The notes under the pieces are model-generated. The model saw only the letters and a list, made by a program, of their open reading frames with translations. It did no database searches and had not been told where the DNA came from. 32,000 bases of DNA from an uncultured Actinomycetes bacterium (GTDB lineage: Bacteria; Actinomycetota; Actinomycetes; S36-B12; CAIYMF01): NCBI GenBank assembly GCA_963843975.1, contig CAWJMG010000003.1, positions 2,430,001 through 2,462,000 of the forward strand, read 5' to 3'. A program made the position numbers and the translations under genes. Positions 8,581 to 17,632 of this stretch are shown here, one piece after another. Positions within the stretch are counted from its first letter, which is position 1; the number at the start of each line of letters is the position of its first letter.

Positions 8581-10686
8581 TCAGGTGGTGACGGGCGCGG
8601 CCTCCGTGACGTCGACGTCGCCGTCGCCGTGGATCTCTCGACCGTCGACCTTGCTCGGCCACCAGAACCGCTCGCCGAACACGAACGCCAGCGCCGGCAC
8701 GAGCACCGTGCGGACGAGGAGCGTGTCGAGCAGGACGCCGATGCCGACGATGATGCCGATCTGCGCCAGCGCGATGAGCGGCAGGACGCCGAGCACCGCG
8801 AACACCGCCGCGAGCAGGATGCCCGCGCTGGTGATGACACCACCGGTCGCCTTGAGCGCCTTCAGCATCCCGGAGCGGGTGTCGCCGACCAGCGCCTCCT
8901 CCCGCGCCCGGGTGGCGAGGAAGATGTTGTAGTCGACGCCCAGCGCCACCAGGAAGATGAACGACAGCAGCAGCACGCCGTTGTCGAGCGCCGGGTAGCC
9001 GAGCACGTTCTGGAAGATCAGCCAGGACGTGCCGAGCGCTGCGAAGAACGTGAGCAGCACGGTGGCCACGAGCAGCAGCGGAGCGAACAACGCCCGCAGC
9101 AGCAGCACGAGGACGAGCAGGACGAGCACCAGGACGATCGGGATGATCACCTTGGCATCGCGCAGAGCCGCCTCGTTCGCGTCGAGCAGGGTGGCCGTCG
9201 AGCCGCCCACCACAGCATCGGCGCCTTCGACATCGGCCACCGCCGAACGGATCTCGCGGATCGAGTCGAACGACTCGTCGCTGCCCGGGTCGGAGTCGAG
9301 CACGACGTCGACCTGCGCGATGTCTCCCTCGGAGACTCCTGGCGTCGCCGACACGACGCCGTCGAGCCCCTTCACGGCGCCGACAACTGCGTCCACCGAC
9401 CCGGGGTTGGTCATGATCGCGACGGGTTCGGTGGCACCGGCGGGGAAGGCCTTCGCCAAGGTCTCCTGGCCTGCGACGGCCTCGGGCTTGACCCGGAAGA
9501 CCTCGTTCTGGCTCAGGCCCACGCTGATGCCGATCGAGCCCAGCGAGAGCACGAGCAGGAACACGGTCGCGCCGATGCCCACGATGTTGGGGCGGCGCTT
9601 GACGGCCTCGCCGATGCGTCCCCAGACCTTGCCCTCGCGGGCGGCGTCGCCCACGCGCGGCACGAACGGCCAGAAGAGCCCGCGGCCGAAGATGACCATC
9701 GCGGCCGGGAGCACCAGCAGGCCGGTCGTGACCGCGACGACGACGCCGACCGCGGCAGCGAACCCGAGGCCGCGCAGCGTCTCCTGCTGCGCGAGCAGGA
9801 GGGTGAGCAGGGCGAGGGTGACGGTGGCGCCCGACGCCAGGATCGGCTCAGCCGTGCGCCGGACCGCGAACCGCATCGCGTCGAAGCGGCTGTCGTCCGT
9901 GCGCAGGCGGTCGCGGTAGCGCGCGATGAGCAGGAGCGCGTAGTCGGTGGCGGCGCCGAAGACGAGCACGCTCGTGATGCCTACTGCGGACTCGTCCACC
10001 ACGATGCCGAACTGCGGCGCGAGGAGGCCGACGACCTTCAGCGTGAACTGCTCGGCGATGCCGACCACGACGAGGGGCACGATCCAGAGCCAGGGGCTGC
10101 GGTACGTGATGAGCAGCAGCACCGCGACGACGAGGGCGGTGGCGGCCAGCAGCGTGACGTTCGCGCCCTCGAACACGGCGGCGATGTCGGCCTGGAAGGC
10201 CGGGCCGCCGGTGACCTGGACGACGAGGCCGGCAGGCACGTCCTTCTGCGCGGCGTCGCGGATCTCGGTGACGGCGTCCGCGACCTCGAGGATCTCGACC
10301 GAGGTGTCGACGTTGACCGGCACGATCGCGACGGTGCCGTCCTCGCTGTACGTCGGGGCGACGGGAGGACCGGGCTGGCCCGCGACGGCGAGGGGTGCGA
10401 CGCGACCGGCGAGGGCGTCGACCGCCGCCTTGTCGGCGTCGGTGAGAGCACCGCCGTCCTCGCGGCTCACCACGACGAGGGCCGGAGCGACGCCCTCCTC
10501 GGGGAGCTGGTCCTGACGCAGCTGCGCCTCGGTCGACTGGTACGACGCCGGCAGCCCGGAGGTCACGAGCGGCGAGACCTTGGTCGGCGTGGGGATCGCG
10601 AAGATCGCACCCACCACGACGAGGACGGCCAGCAGGACCAGCAGCGCACGGCCTCGAGATGCGAGGTGTCCGGTCGGAACGTTCAC
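8581..10686 (-). CDS. MMPL-family (RND superfamily) membrane transporter
   Basis: 701 aa. Two blocks of multiple TM helices separated by extracytoplasmic domains, in the usual MMPL layout (..LLITYRSPWLWIVPLVVVGIAEQ.., ..GVDYNIFLATRAREE..). GTG start with GGGAG 7 nt upstream. Confidence 0.85.
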   Translation of the reverse strand: MNVPTGHLASRGRALLVLLAVLVVVGAIFAIPTPTKVSPLVTSGLPASYQSTEAQLRQDQLPEEGVAPALVVVSREDGGALTDADKAAVDALAGRVAPLAVAGQPGPPVAPTYSEDGTVAIVPVNVDTSVEILEVADAVTEIRDAAQKDVPAGLVVQVTGGPAFQADIAAVFEGANVTLLAATALVVAVLLLITYRSPWLWIVPLVVVGIAEQFTLKVVGLLAPQFGIVVDESAVGITSVLVFGAATDYALLLIARYRDRLRTDDSRFDAMRFAVRRTAEPILASGATVTLALLTLLLAQQETLRGLGFAAAVGVVVAVTTGLLVLPAAMVIFGRGLFWPFVPRVGDAAREGKVWGRIGEAVKRRPNIVGIGATVFLLVLSLGSIGISVGLSQNEVFRVKPEAVAGQETLAKAFPAGATEPVAIMTNPGSVDAVVGAVKGLDGVVSATPGVSEGDIAQVDVVLDSDPGSDESFDSIREIRSAVADVEGADAVVGGSTATLLDANEAALRDAKVIIPIVLVLVLLVLVLLLRALFAPLLLVATVLLTFFAALGTSWLIFQNVLGYPALDNGVLLLSFIFLVALGVDYNIFLATRAREEALVGDTRSGMLKALKATGGVITSAGILLAAVFAVLGVLPLIALAQIGIIVGIGVLLDTLLVRTVLVPALAFVFGERFWWPSKVDGREIHGDGDVDVTEAAPVTT

Positions 10687-10715
10687 TAGTATCTCCCGAG
10701 AGCGTCACATGACGT

Positions 10716-10746
10716 GACAGTCTTATCACTAGACTGTCTAGCGATA
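10716..10746. promoter_or_regulatory. Two overlapping dyad symmetries (candidate MarR operator) in the MMPL/MarR divergent promoter region
   Basis: Dyad A is gacagtct-N7-agactgtc (10716-10738, perfect 8-bp arms). Dyad B is tatcactagac-t-gtctagcgata (10724-10746, 10/11 arm match). Locally AT-richer 75-bp intergenic region between starts 10686 (-) and 10762 (+). Confidence 0.45.
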
Positions 10747-10761
10747 GTGGAGAGTACATCA

Positions 10762-11238
10762 ATGGCAGGCAGTGCGCACCCCGAGGCCGCGTGGCCGACG
10801 AGCCGGGTGGCCACGCTGCTGTACGACGTCCTCCACCTGACGAGCGAGACGCGGATCGCCATGGCCCGCCGCCTCGGCCTCAACCCCAGCGAGGTCGACG
10901 CGATGGAGCACCTCATGGCCGAGCCGATGGGCCCGGTCGAGCTCTCCCGTCGTCTGCACATGACCTCGGCGTCGGCCACGGTCCTGGTCGACCGCCTCGA
11001 GGAGGCGGGTCACGTCGCGCGCGAGGCCGACCCGGAGGACCGCCGACGCCGTGTCGTGCGGCCCACCGAGCAGGGGTCCCGCGCGGTGTACGAGCAGGTC
11101 GTGCCGCTCATCGTCGACCTCGTCAGCGCCGAGGACTCCCTCTCCGCCCGCGAACGGGCCGCCGTCGAGCGCTACCTCGAGCGGGTGCTCGACGTGCTCG
11201 GGAGCCACGCTCAGGACGAGCCCACCGCACGCCCCTGA
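10762..11238 (+). CDS. MarR-family transcriptional regulator
   Basis: 158 aa. Winged-HTH core GPVELSRRLHMTSASATVLVDRLEEAGHVAREADPEDRRRRVVRPTEQG. ATG with GGAGAG 7 nt upstream. Divergent from the MMPL gene. Confidence 0.85.
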   Translation: MAGSAHPEAAWPTSRVATLLYDVLHLTSETRIAMARRLGLNPSEVDAMEHLMAEPMGPVELSRRLHMTSASATVLVDRLEEAGHVAREADPEDRRRRVVRPTEQGSRAVYEQVVPLIVDLVSAEDSLSARERAAVERYLERVLDVLGSHAQDEPTARP

Positions 11239-11338
11239 CCTGCGGCCACGCCGCCCGTTAGCCCACCCGGGCGATGGGCTCGCCACGGGCTGTAGCCGTG
11301 CCCGATCATTTAGTCGTCACCGGGGGAAGGAGACGCGC

Positions 11339-12835
11339 ATGGGTGCCCGACCTGTCTCGACCCACATCCCCCGCCGCTCCACCGCGCTCGACGACCTGAA
11401 CCTCATCGCCGACCAGGGCGACGTCATCTACCAGACGACGCCGGACGGCGTCATCGAGTGGATCGCGCCGAACGTCACCGACCTCCTCGGCTGGGCTCCG
11501 GACGACCTCATCGGCTCGACCATCCTCGAGATCGTGCACCCGGCCGACCGCGACCTGGTCGCCGAGCGCCGCTCCGCGCTGTACGGCGGCAACCTCGCCG
11601 TCGACGGGTTCGCGGCGCGGCTGCGCACCGCCGACGGCCGCTACCGCCAGACCGGCATCCGCGCGCGGCCGTTCCACGACAGCGCCGGCGCCGTCGTCGG
11701 TGCCTTCGCCGCCATCCGGGACGCCCACGAGGCGACCACGACGCTGCGGGCCCTCGCCACGCTCTCGCGGGGCAACGGCGTCCTCGTGCGGGCGCGCGAG
11801 GAGCAGGAGCTGCTCGAGGAGATGTGCCGCACGGTGGTCGAGGCGGGCCACTACGCCCTGGCGTGGTACGGCCGGGCGGTGCGCGACGAACGGTGCACGG
11901 TGCAGCCGATCGCGCGCGCCGGCAGCCTGTCCGACTACGTCGACGAGGTCACCGTCACGTGGGACGACAGCCCGACCGGGCTCGGCCCGACCGGCACGGC
12001 GATCCGCACCCGCACCACCCAGGTCAAGCACTCCTTCGAGGACGCCGACTACGAGCCCTGGCGCGACGTCGCCCAGCGCCGCGGTTTCCGCGCCTCGATC
12101 TCGCTCCCGGTCGTCGTTGACGGCGTCACGGACGGCGCTCTCATGGTCTACGCGCTGGAGGAGGGCTCGTTCGACGACGTGTCCCGCGGCCTGCTCGAGG
12201 ACCTCGCCGCCGACATCGGCTACGGCGTCGAGCGGCTGCGCGACGCCGAGCGTCTGAGCGAGGCGCTCAGGAGCAGCGTCTTCGTCCTCGCCGCGGCTGT
12301 CGAGTCGCGCGACCCCTACACCGCCGGACACCAGTCGCACGTCGGAGTCCTCGCCGAGGCGATCGGTCGCGAGCTCGGGCTCGACGAGGACCGCATTCAG
12401 GGCCTCGTGCTCGGCGCCTCGATCCACGACCTCGGCAAGATCTCGATCTCCCATGCCACGCTGGGGAAGACGGGCGTGCTGACCGATGCCGAGTGGGAGG
12501 AGCTGAAGGCTCACCCGGCGACAGGGCGGACGATCGCGAACCGGTTCCCGTGGCCTTGGCCGATCGCGGAGATGATCCACCAGCACCACGAGCGCATGGA
12601 CGGCAGCGGCTACCCGCTCGGCCTGTCCGGCGACGCGATCCTGCTCGAGTCGCGCATCATCGCCGTGGCCGACCTCTACGAGGCCATGGCCAACGACCGC
12701 CCCTACCGCACGGCCCCCGGTGCCGACCGGGCGCGCACGGTGCTGAGCGAGGGACGCGGCACGCTGTTCGACCCCGACGTGATCGACGCCTTCGAGCGGG
12801 TGGTCACGCGCGGCTTCACGTTCCCGACCGCCTGA
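11339..12835 (+). CDS. PAS-GAF-HD-GYP domain signalling protein (putative c-di-GMP phosphodiesterase)
   Basis: ATG at 11339, preceded by GGAAGGAG. N-terminal PAS-like block (DVIYQTTPDGVIEWIAPNVTDLLGW), then a GAF-like middle. C-terminal HD-GYP motifs HDLGK and HHERMDGSGYP. The listed ORF extension back to 11051 overlaps marR and is rejected. Confidence 0.85.
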   Translation: MGARPVSTHIPRRSTALDDLNLIADQGDVIYQTTPDGVIEWIAPNVTDLLGWAPDDLIGSTILEIVHPADRDLVAERRSALYGGNLAVDGFAARLRTADGRYRQTGIRARPFHDSAGAVVGAFAAIRDAHEATTTLRALATLSRGNGVLVRAREEQELLEEMCRTVVEAGHYALAWYGRAVRDERCTVQPIARAGSLSDYVDEVTVTWDDSPTGLGPTGTAIRTRTTQVKHSFEDADYEPWRDVAQRRGFRASISLPVVVDGVTDGALMVYALEEGSFDDVSRGLLEDLAADIGYGVERLRDAERLSEALRSSVFVLAAAVESRDPYTAGHQSHVGVLAEAIGRELGLDEDRIQGLVLGASIHDLGKISISHATLGKTGVLTDAEWEELKAHPATGRTIANRFPWPWPIAEMIHQHHERMDGSGYPLGLSGDAILLESRIIAVADLYEAMANDRPYRTAPGADRARTVLSEGRGTLFDPDVIDAFERVVTRGFTFPTA

Positions 12836-12841
12836 GCTGGA

Positions 12842-13738
12842 TCAGTCGGCCGCCGGGCGGACCCGGATCGGCTCCCACGGCGGGTTCGGCGCGGGGATGC
12901 GCGCAAGCTCGGACGCGACGTCGCCGAAGCGCTCGCCGTGGTCGCGCCAGTCGGCGTAGAAGCCCGACACCTCGTCCGCGCTGCGGGCGACGAAGTTCCA
13001 CCACATGTAGAGCTTCTCCGGGAACGGAACGCCGCCGAGCACCAGCACGCGCGCCGCCTCGCGCGCCTCGACCCGCACCTCGCCGCGACCCGCACCGAGG
13101 GAGGCGATCTGCCCGGGCCGGGCGAAGGCGCCGTCGACGTGCATCTCGCCCTCGAGGGCGACGACGGCATGCTCGAAGTCCGGGCGCAGCGGGAGGGTGA
13201 CCGAGCCGGGACGCACGACGACGTCGAGGCCGAGCAGGTCGCTGACGAAGCGCGCCGGCGACGTGGCGCCGAGCAACGAGCCGGCCAGCACCGTCGCCAC
13301 CGCGCTCCCCTGCTCGACGACGGGCAGCTCCGCGTGGTGGGCGAACGCCGGGTCGCCGTGCCGCACGTCGTCCGGCTGCGCGACCCAGAGCTGGACGCCG
13401 TGGAGGCTCCCCCGGTACGAGCCGGTCGCCTCCTCCGCGTGCACGACACCGCGACCGGCGGTCATGAGGTTGAGCTGGCCGGGGCGGATCAGCTGCTCGG
13501 AGCCCAGCGAGTCCTTGTGCAGGGCCTCGCCCTGCATGAGCCACGTGACGGTCTGCAGACCGGTGTGCGGGTGCGGGCCGACGTCGAGCCCGGACGTCTC
13601 GGTGACCTCGGCCGGACCCATGTGGTCGGCGAAGCACCACGCGCCGACCGTGCGCAGCGGGCGGGTCGGGAGCACCCGGCGCACCGTGAACTTCCCGACC
13701 TGCGCCTCGCGCCCGTCGAGCACCTCGACCGCTGCCAT
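12842..13738 (-). CDS. Pirin-family protein
   Basis: 298 aa. Pirin N-terminal cupin signature FADHMGP...GPHPHTGLQTVTWLMQGEALHKDSLG...GQLNLMTAGRGVVHAEE. Confidence 0.9.
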   Translation of the reverse strand: MAAVEVLDGREAQVGKFTVRRVLPTRPLRTVGAWCFADHMGPAEVTETSGLDVGPHPHTGLQTVTWLMQGEALHKDSLGSEQLIRPGQLNLMTAGRGVVHAEEATGSYRGSLHGVQLWVAQPDDVRHGDPAFAHHAELPVVEQGSAVATVLAGSLLGATSPARFVSDLLGLDVVVRPGSVTLPLRPDFEHAVVALEGEMHVDGAFARPGQIASLGAGRGEVRVEAREAARVLVLGGVPFPEKLYMWWNFVARSADEVSGFYADWRDHGERFGDVASELARIPAPNPPWEPIRVRPAAD

Positions 13739-13799
13739 GGCCTGCTCCTCACGTCGTCAGCGCAACACCGCGGAGCGCCGACGGTGTTCCCGGGCCCCG

Positions 13800-14747
13800 T
13801 CAGCTCGCCCGGCGCCCCAGCATCCAGGCGACGCCGGCGATGCCGAAGTCGGCGACGGTGTGCACGACGCGCGTCAGCAGCGCGGCCGCGGCGGCACCCG
13901 CGACGCCGAGGTACGGCGTCAGCAGCAGCGTGAGCACGGCCTCCCGCGCTCCGAGCCCTGCCGGCGCCAGGATCACGACGACGCCGACGGCGTATGCCGC
14001 CGTGAAGGCGACCATTGCCGCGCCGACGCCGTACGCGCTGTCCACCGGCTCCGGCGAGACGGCGTGCAGCGCCAGTCCGTAGAGCGACCAGGTGACCATC
14101 AGCATCGCGACGACGGCGAGGCAGTCGGCCCAGGTGAGGGCGAGCCGGCGTCCGCCGCCCGCGGCCCACGAGCCGGCCGCGTTCACCACCGGTGGCGTCA
14201 TGCAGACCAGAGAAGCGCCGAGCCCGACCAGGGCGAGCCACGACGGCACGCTGGTGCCCGCGAGCCCGGCGAGCACACCCGCGCTGGCCACGAAGCCGGC
14301 GGTCACGACGTTCCACCCGAGGAACACGAGGCCGGCCACCACGGTCGTGCGCGCCGGGATGCCGTACCTCACGGCCATCTGCGCCTGGGCGCCGAGCGAC
14401 CACACCGATCCGGGGATGTACTTGCCGAGCTGGCCGACGAAGAACACCGAGAGCCCCGGCAGCTGCGGCACCTCGTGGCCGAATCGGCGCAGGCAGCGCA
14501 GCCACACGAAGCCGGTGAGCACCAGGCCGGCGAGGACGGCGACCACCGCGAGCACCCAGGACCCGACGCCTACGGTGCCCATCGCGGCGACGACCTCGTG
14601 CCAGTCGTCGCGCAGCCAGAGCCAGCCGAAGCCGAGCGCGGCGACGAGGAAGAGGATGCGGGCGACGACGAGCCAGCGCCCGCGCGACGACGGAGCCGCG
14701 GGCGGCTCGTCGGGCACGTCGGAAGGCTCGACGGCGGGATCGCTCAC
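13800..14747 (-). CDS. Flippase-like polytopic membrane protein (MprF/LPG-synthase TM-region family, UPF0104-like)
   Basis: 315 aa from the GTG at 14745-14747, which overlaps the upstream TGA (GTGA). About 8 TM helices. Family-typical block FFVGQLGKYIPGSVWSLGAQAQMA. The listed ORF extension to 15521 runs through the methyltransferase gene in another frame and is rejected. Confidence 0.75.
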   Translation of the reverse strand: MSDPAVEPSDVPDEPPAAPSSRGRWLVVARILFLVAALGFGWLWLRDDWHEVVAAMGTVGVGSWVLAVVAVLAGLVLTGFVWLRCLRRFGHEVPQLPGLSVFFVGQLGKYIPGSVWSLGAQAQMAVRYGIPARTTVVAGLVFLGWNVVTAGFVASAGVLAGLAGTSVPSWLALVGLGASLVCMTPPVVNAAGSWAAGGGRRLALTWADCLAVVAMLMVTWSLYGLALHAVSPEPVDSAYGVGAAMVAFTAAYAVGVVVILAPAGLGAREAVLTLLLTPYLGVAGAAAAALLTRVVHTVADFGIAGVAWMLGRRAS

Positions 14748-15448
14748 GCCTGCGGCCTCAGCAGGGCGGTGCGCGTCGGGTAGGGGAGCGACGGCGTGAG
14801 ACCGCGTGTCCAGTCGACCGTGACGCGCGAGCCGAGCCTCTCGATCGCCTCGCGGTAGCGCGCGCGGTCGACGTTGTCGAAGACGATGAGGCCGTCCGGG
14901 GCCACCCGCTCGATGGCGCGCTCCAGGCACGCCTCGCGCGCGCGGCCGTCGACCACGATCAGGTCGAAGACGCCGTGCTGGCGGTCGGCCGCCTCGACGT
15001 AGTCGCGGAAGTCGAGGCCCTCGAACCCCTTCTTGTGCGAGCGGATCGGGTGCTCGCTCTGAGAGGCGAGCGTCGGGGCCACGGGCACCACTTGGGCGTT
15101 GGACGGGAGCACCGGCGCCATCTCCGCGGCCCAGTCGAGGTCGTGCTCGATCGACGTGACGCTGCCCGCGCGCTTCGCCAGCCACACCGACGACGCCCCC
15201 GAGCCCCACTCGAGCACGCGCGCGTCGTCGCGCGCGGCGAGGAAGCGGGCGACCTTCTCGGCGGAGTCGTAGGTCCACCACGGGACGTCGAGCGCGATGA
15301 GGTCGTGCAGGTCGTAGACCGCGAGCAGCGAGCGGGTCCACTCGCCCGCCCTCGACCGGTCGGCCCAGCTGTCGAGCGGGTCGAGCAGCCCGACCTTGTC
15401 GAGGCCCGACTTCACGCCCCGGGCGCCGCGGACGTAGAGACCCTTCAC
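14744..15448 (-). CDS. Class I SAM-dependent methyltransferase (soluble)
   Basis: 234 aa. Motif I VLEWGSGASSVWLA, and post-motif FDLIVVDGRAREAC...DGLIVFDN. The GTG start overlaps the upstream stop (GTGA) and its own stop overlaps the next start. Confidence 0.75.
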   Translation of the reverse strand: MKGLYVRGARGVKSGLDKVGLLDPLDSWADRSRAGEWTRSLLAVYDLHDLIALDVPWWTYDSAEKVARFLAARDDARVLEWGSGASSVWLAKRAGSVTSIEHDLDWAAEMAPVLPSNAQVVPVAPTLASQSEHPIRSHKKGFEGLDFRDYVEAADRQHGVFDLIVVDGRAREACLERAIERVAPDGLIVFDNVDRARYREAIERLGSRVTVDWTRGLTPSLPYPTRTALLRPQA

Positions 15449-17631
15449 GATGCGTCCTCCTCACCATCGACCGCGACCGAGCGCAGGAACACGCCGACCG
15501 TGCGCACGTCGTCGCCGTCACCCACCGACACCGGCGAGAAGACCGACGGCACCGACATCTCCACCAGGAACTTCCCGTCCGCAGACCACGCGAGATCCGC
15601 GGGGACCGTCAGCGTCACCTTGCGGTTCTGCGAGGTGGTGCTGGTCTGCGTGCTCATGAGCGTGCCGTTGACCGAGATCGTGAACGTGCGGGTGCCGCTC
15701 GGGGGCACGTACGCGCCGATGTCGAGCGTGAGGCTCACCGGCTTCGAGCGCAGGCGCTCGGGAAGGACGAAACCGACTGCGGCGTCCGGGATCTTCGACC
15801 ACACGCCCGACTTCTCGCGGCGGTACCAGCCCCACATGAGGTAGCTCGGGTCCTTGCCGCGCACCGTGCGGACGATGCCGGTCTCGGGGTACGGGGTGAA
15901 CGGCGCCTGGCAGCGCGCGACGAACGACATCGTGATCTGCTGGAAGAACAGCGGACGGCGCACGGCGCCGACCTCGGTGCAGCCGTCGGGCGCGCGGTAC
16001 TCGCCGCGGTTGAACGTCATGAGGTAGTACTCGCCGAGCTCGAGCGGGCGGACCGGCGCCGCCTTCGTCCCGCGGGTGTCGTCCCAGTACGGCGTGAGCT
16101 GAAGCTGGTTCGAGCACGTGCGGAGCCCGGTCTCGGGCGGGAACGGGTAGCAGGTGTCCGGGCCCTCGGCGGGGACGAGCGGGATGAGCTCACGGAAGCT
16201 CGGGCGCCAGTACTCCGTCATCCAGCGGCCGTCGATCGGCTGCGTCGCCGTCACGCCGTTGAACCACGTGAACGAGTAGGGGAAGAGCCGGAGCGCGGTG
16301 ACCGTCGGGACGAGCAGGCCGAGGACGAGGACGACCCAGGCGCTCGCGACCAGGAGGCTGCGGCTGCTGCGGCCGACGCGGGCTGCCACCACCCAGGCGC
16401 CGACCGTCGCCAGCACGGCCATCGCCGGCACGACGAAGAGCACCTGGCGCGTCGCGTCGTAGAGGATCGCGTTGCGTGCCACCGCGAGGAGCGGGACGAG
16501 CAGGGCCTGCGCCGCGACGAGGACGACGCCGACGGCGAGCGCGACGTCGACCTGCGCCTTCGGGCGGAGCAGGCGGAGCGCGAGGACGACGGCCGCTGCG
16601 AGGCCGGTGATCGCCAGCGCCATCACGACGATGGGCGTCTGCGCGAAGAACCACAACGGCAGGTACGACCTCGGCGGAGGCATCGTCACGAGGACGCCGT
16701 TGGTGAGGACGTCGCCGTCCCAGGGATAGTCCGAGGAGTCCGCGACGGCCTCGATCAGGCGGGCGGGGTGCGCGAAGACCTTGGGGTAGGCGAGCAGCAG
16801 GCCGAGGTAGGCGAGCACCCCGGCGGCGACCGACCCCGCGAGGCGCTGCAGCAGGTTGCGGCCGCGCTTCCCGGCCGCGGCGGCACGGCCGTCGCCCCAC
16901 CACGTGAGCAGCAGCATGCCGACGACGCTGGCGACGACCGGGGCCGTCATGCCCGGGCGCGTGCCGATCGCGACGAGCGCGCCTGCGGCGAGCGACAGGA
17001 CACCGAAGAGCCGCAGCCACGTAGGCCCGAGAGCACGGTGGCGCGAGAGCACGACGACGCCGAGCGTCACGAGCGTGTAGCCCGTGGCCACCGGGATGTC
17101 CTTGATGTTGAACATCGCGTGCCCAGGCCACACCGGGATGCACGACAGGATCGCGGCAGCGACCAGCGCCCACCGCCACGAGCCGAGGAGCAGCCGGGTG
17201 ATGGCGGCGGTGGCGGCGAGGCCGACGGCGGCGAAGAGCCCGATCGCGACGTGCCGGGCGGCGTACGCCTCGGCAGCCATCGACGGGTCGCCCCACGACT
17301 CGGCGCCGAGCACCACGGTGACCGCGTGCGAGATCAGCGCGGCGACAGGGCCGTAGACGAACTCGCCGCGGATGCCGGCGGCCACGGATCCGTCCATCTG
17401 CGACGGGGGCAGATAGAACCCGGTGGCGAACCAGGTCTGCAGGCGCTGCACGTGCACGGGCTCGTCGATCGAGACGCCGATGAGCCAGCCGCCCGCGAGC
17501 ATGACGACGACGTTGACAGCCAGCAGCACGGCGGCGGCGATGACGACGGGCCGCGGCACCTGCGGGCCGCGGCGTTGCGTGGGAGCAGCGTGCTCGGCAG
17601 GCGGCCGCACCGTCGTCTCCGCCGTGGTCAT
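15445..17631 (-). CDS. GT-C-fold-like polytopic membrane glycosyltransferase candidate, paralog A, with a ~250-aa extracytoplasmic C-terminal domain
   Basis: 728 aa. About 12-13 TM helices. First-loop acidic motif GVSIDEPVHVQRLQ (resembles the DE/DEx motif of PMT/ArnT-type GT-C enzymes). The C-terminal domain has 4 Cys and a beta-rich tail. The ATG lies 1 nt after the stop of paralog B. Confidence 0.7.
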   Translation of the reverse strand: MTTAETTVRPPAEHAAPTQRRGPQVPRPVVIAAAVLLAVNVVVMLAGGWLIGVSIDEPVHVQRLQTWFATGFYLPPSQMDGSVAAGIRGEFVYGPVAALISHAVTVVLGAESWGDPSMAAEAYAARHVAIGLFAAVGLAATAAITRLLLGSWRWALVAAAILSCIPVWPGHAMFNIKDIPVATGYTLVTLGVVVLSRHRALGPTWLRLFGVLSLAAGALVAIGTRPGMTAPVVASVVGMLLLTWWGDGRAAAAGKRGRNLLQRLAGSVAAGVLAYLGLLLAYPKVFAHPARLIEAVADSSDYPWDGDVLTNGVLVTMPPPRSYLPLWFFAQTPIVVMALAITGLAAAVVLALRLLRPKAQVDVALAVGVVLVAAQALLVPLLAVARNAILYDATRQVLFVVPAMAVLATVGAWVVAARVGRSSRSLLVASAWVVLVLGLLVPTVTALRLFPYSFTWFNGVTATQPIDGRWMTEYWRPSFRELIPLVPAEGPDTCYPFPPETGLRTCSNQLQLTPYWDDTRGTKAAPVRPLELGEYYLMTFNRGEYRAPDGCTEVGAVRRPLFFQQITMSFVARCQAPFTPYPETGIVRTVRGKDPSYLMWGWYRREKSGVWSKIPDAAVGFVLPERLRSKPVSLTLDIGAYVPPSGTRTFTISVNGTLMSTQTSTTSQNRKVTLTVPADLAWSADGKFLVEMSVPSVFSPVSVGDGDDVRTVGVFLRSVAVDGEEDAS

Positions 17632-17632
17632 C

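Noticed and set aside
8629-10689. Very long ORFs antisense to well-supported genes. Examples: 8629-10689 (+) opposite MMPL, 4500-6137 (+) opposite rocD, 21004-23046 (+) opposite zwf, 22782-24647 (-) opposite kup, 16768-17781 and 18233-19807 (+) opposite the GT-C genes.
   Set aside because: Their translations are Arg/Asp/Gly/His/Pro-rich low complexity with no motifs. They are the expected stop-codon-poor antisense frames of ~70% GC coding DNA, and the opposite strand carries clear family signatures.
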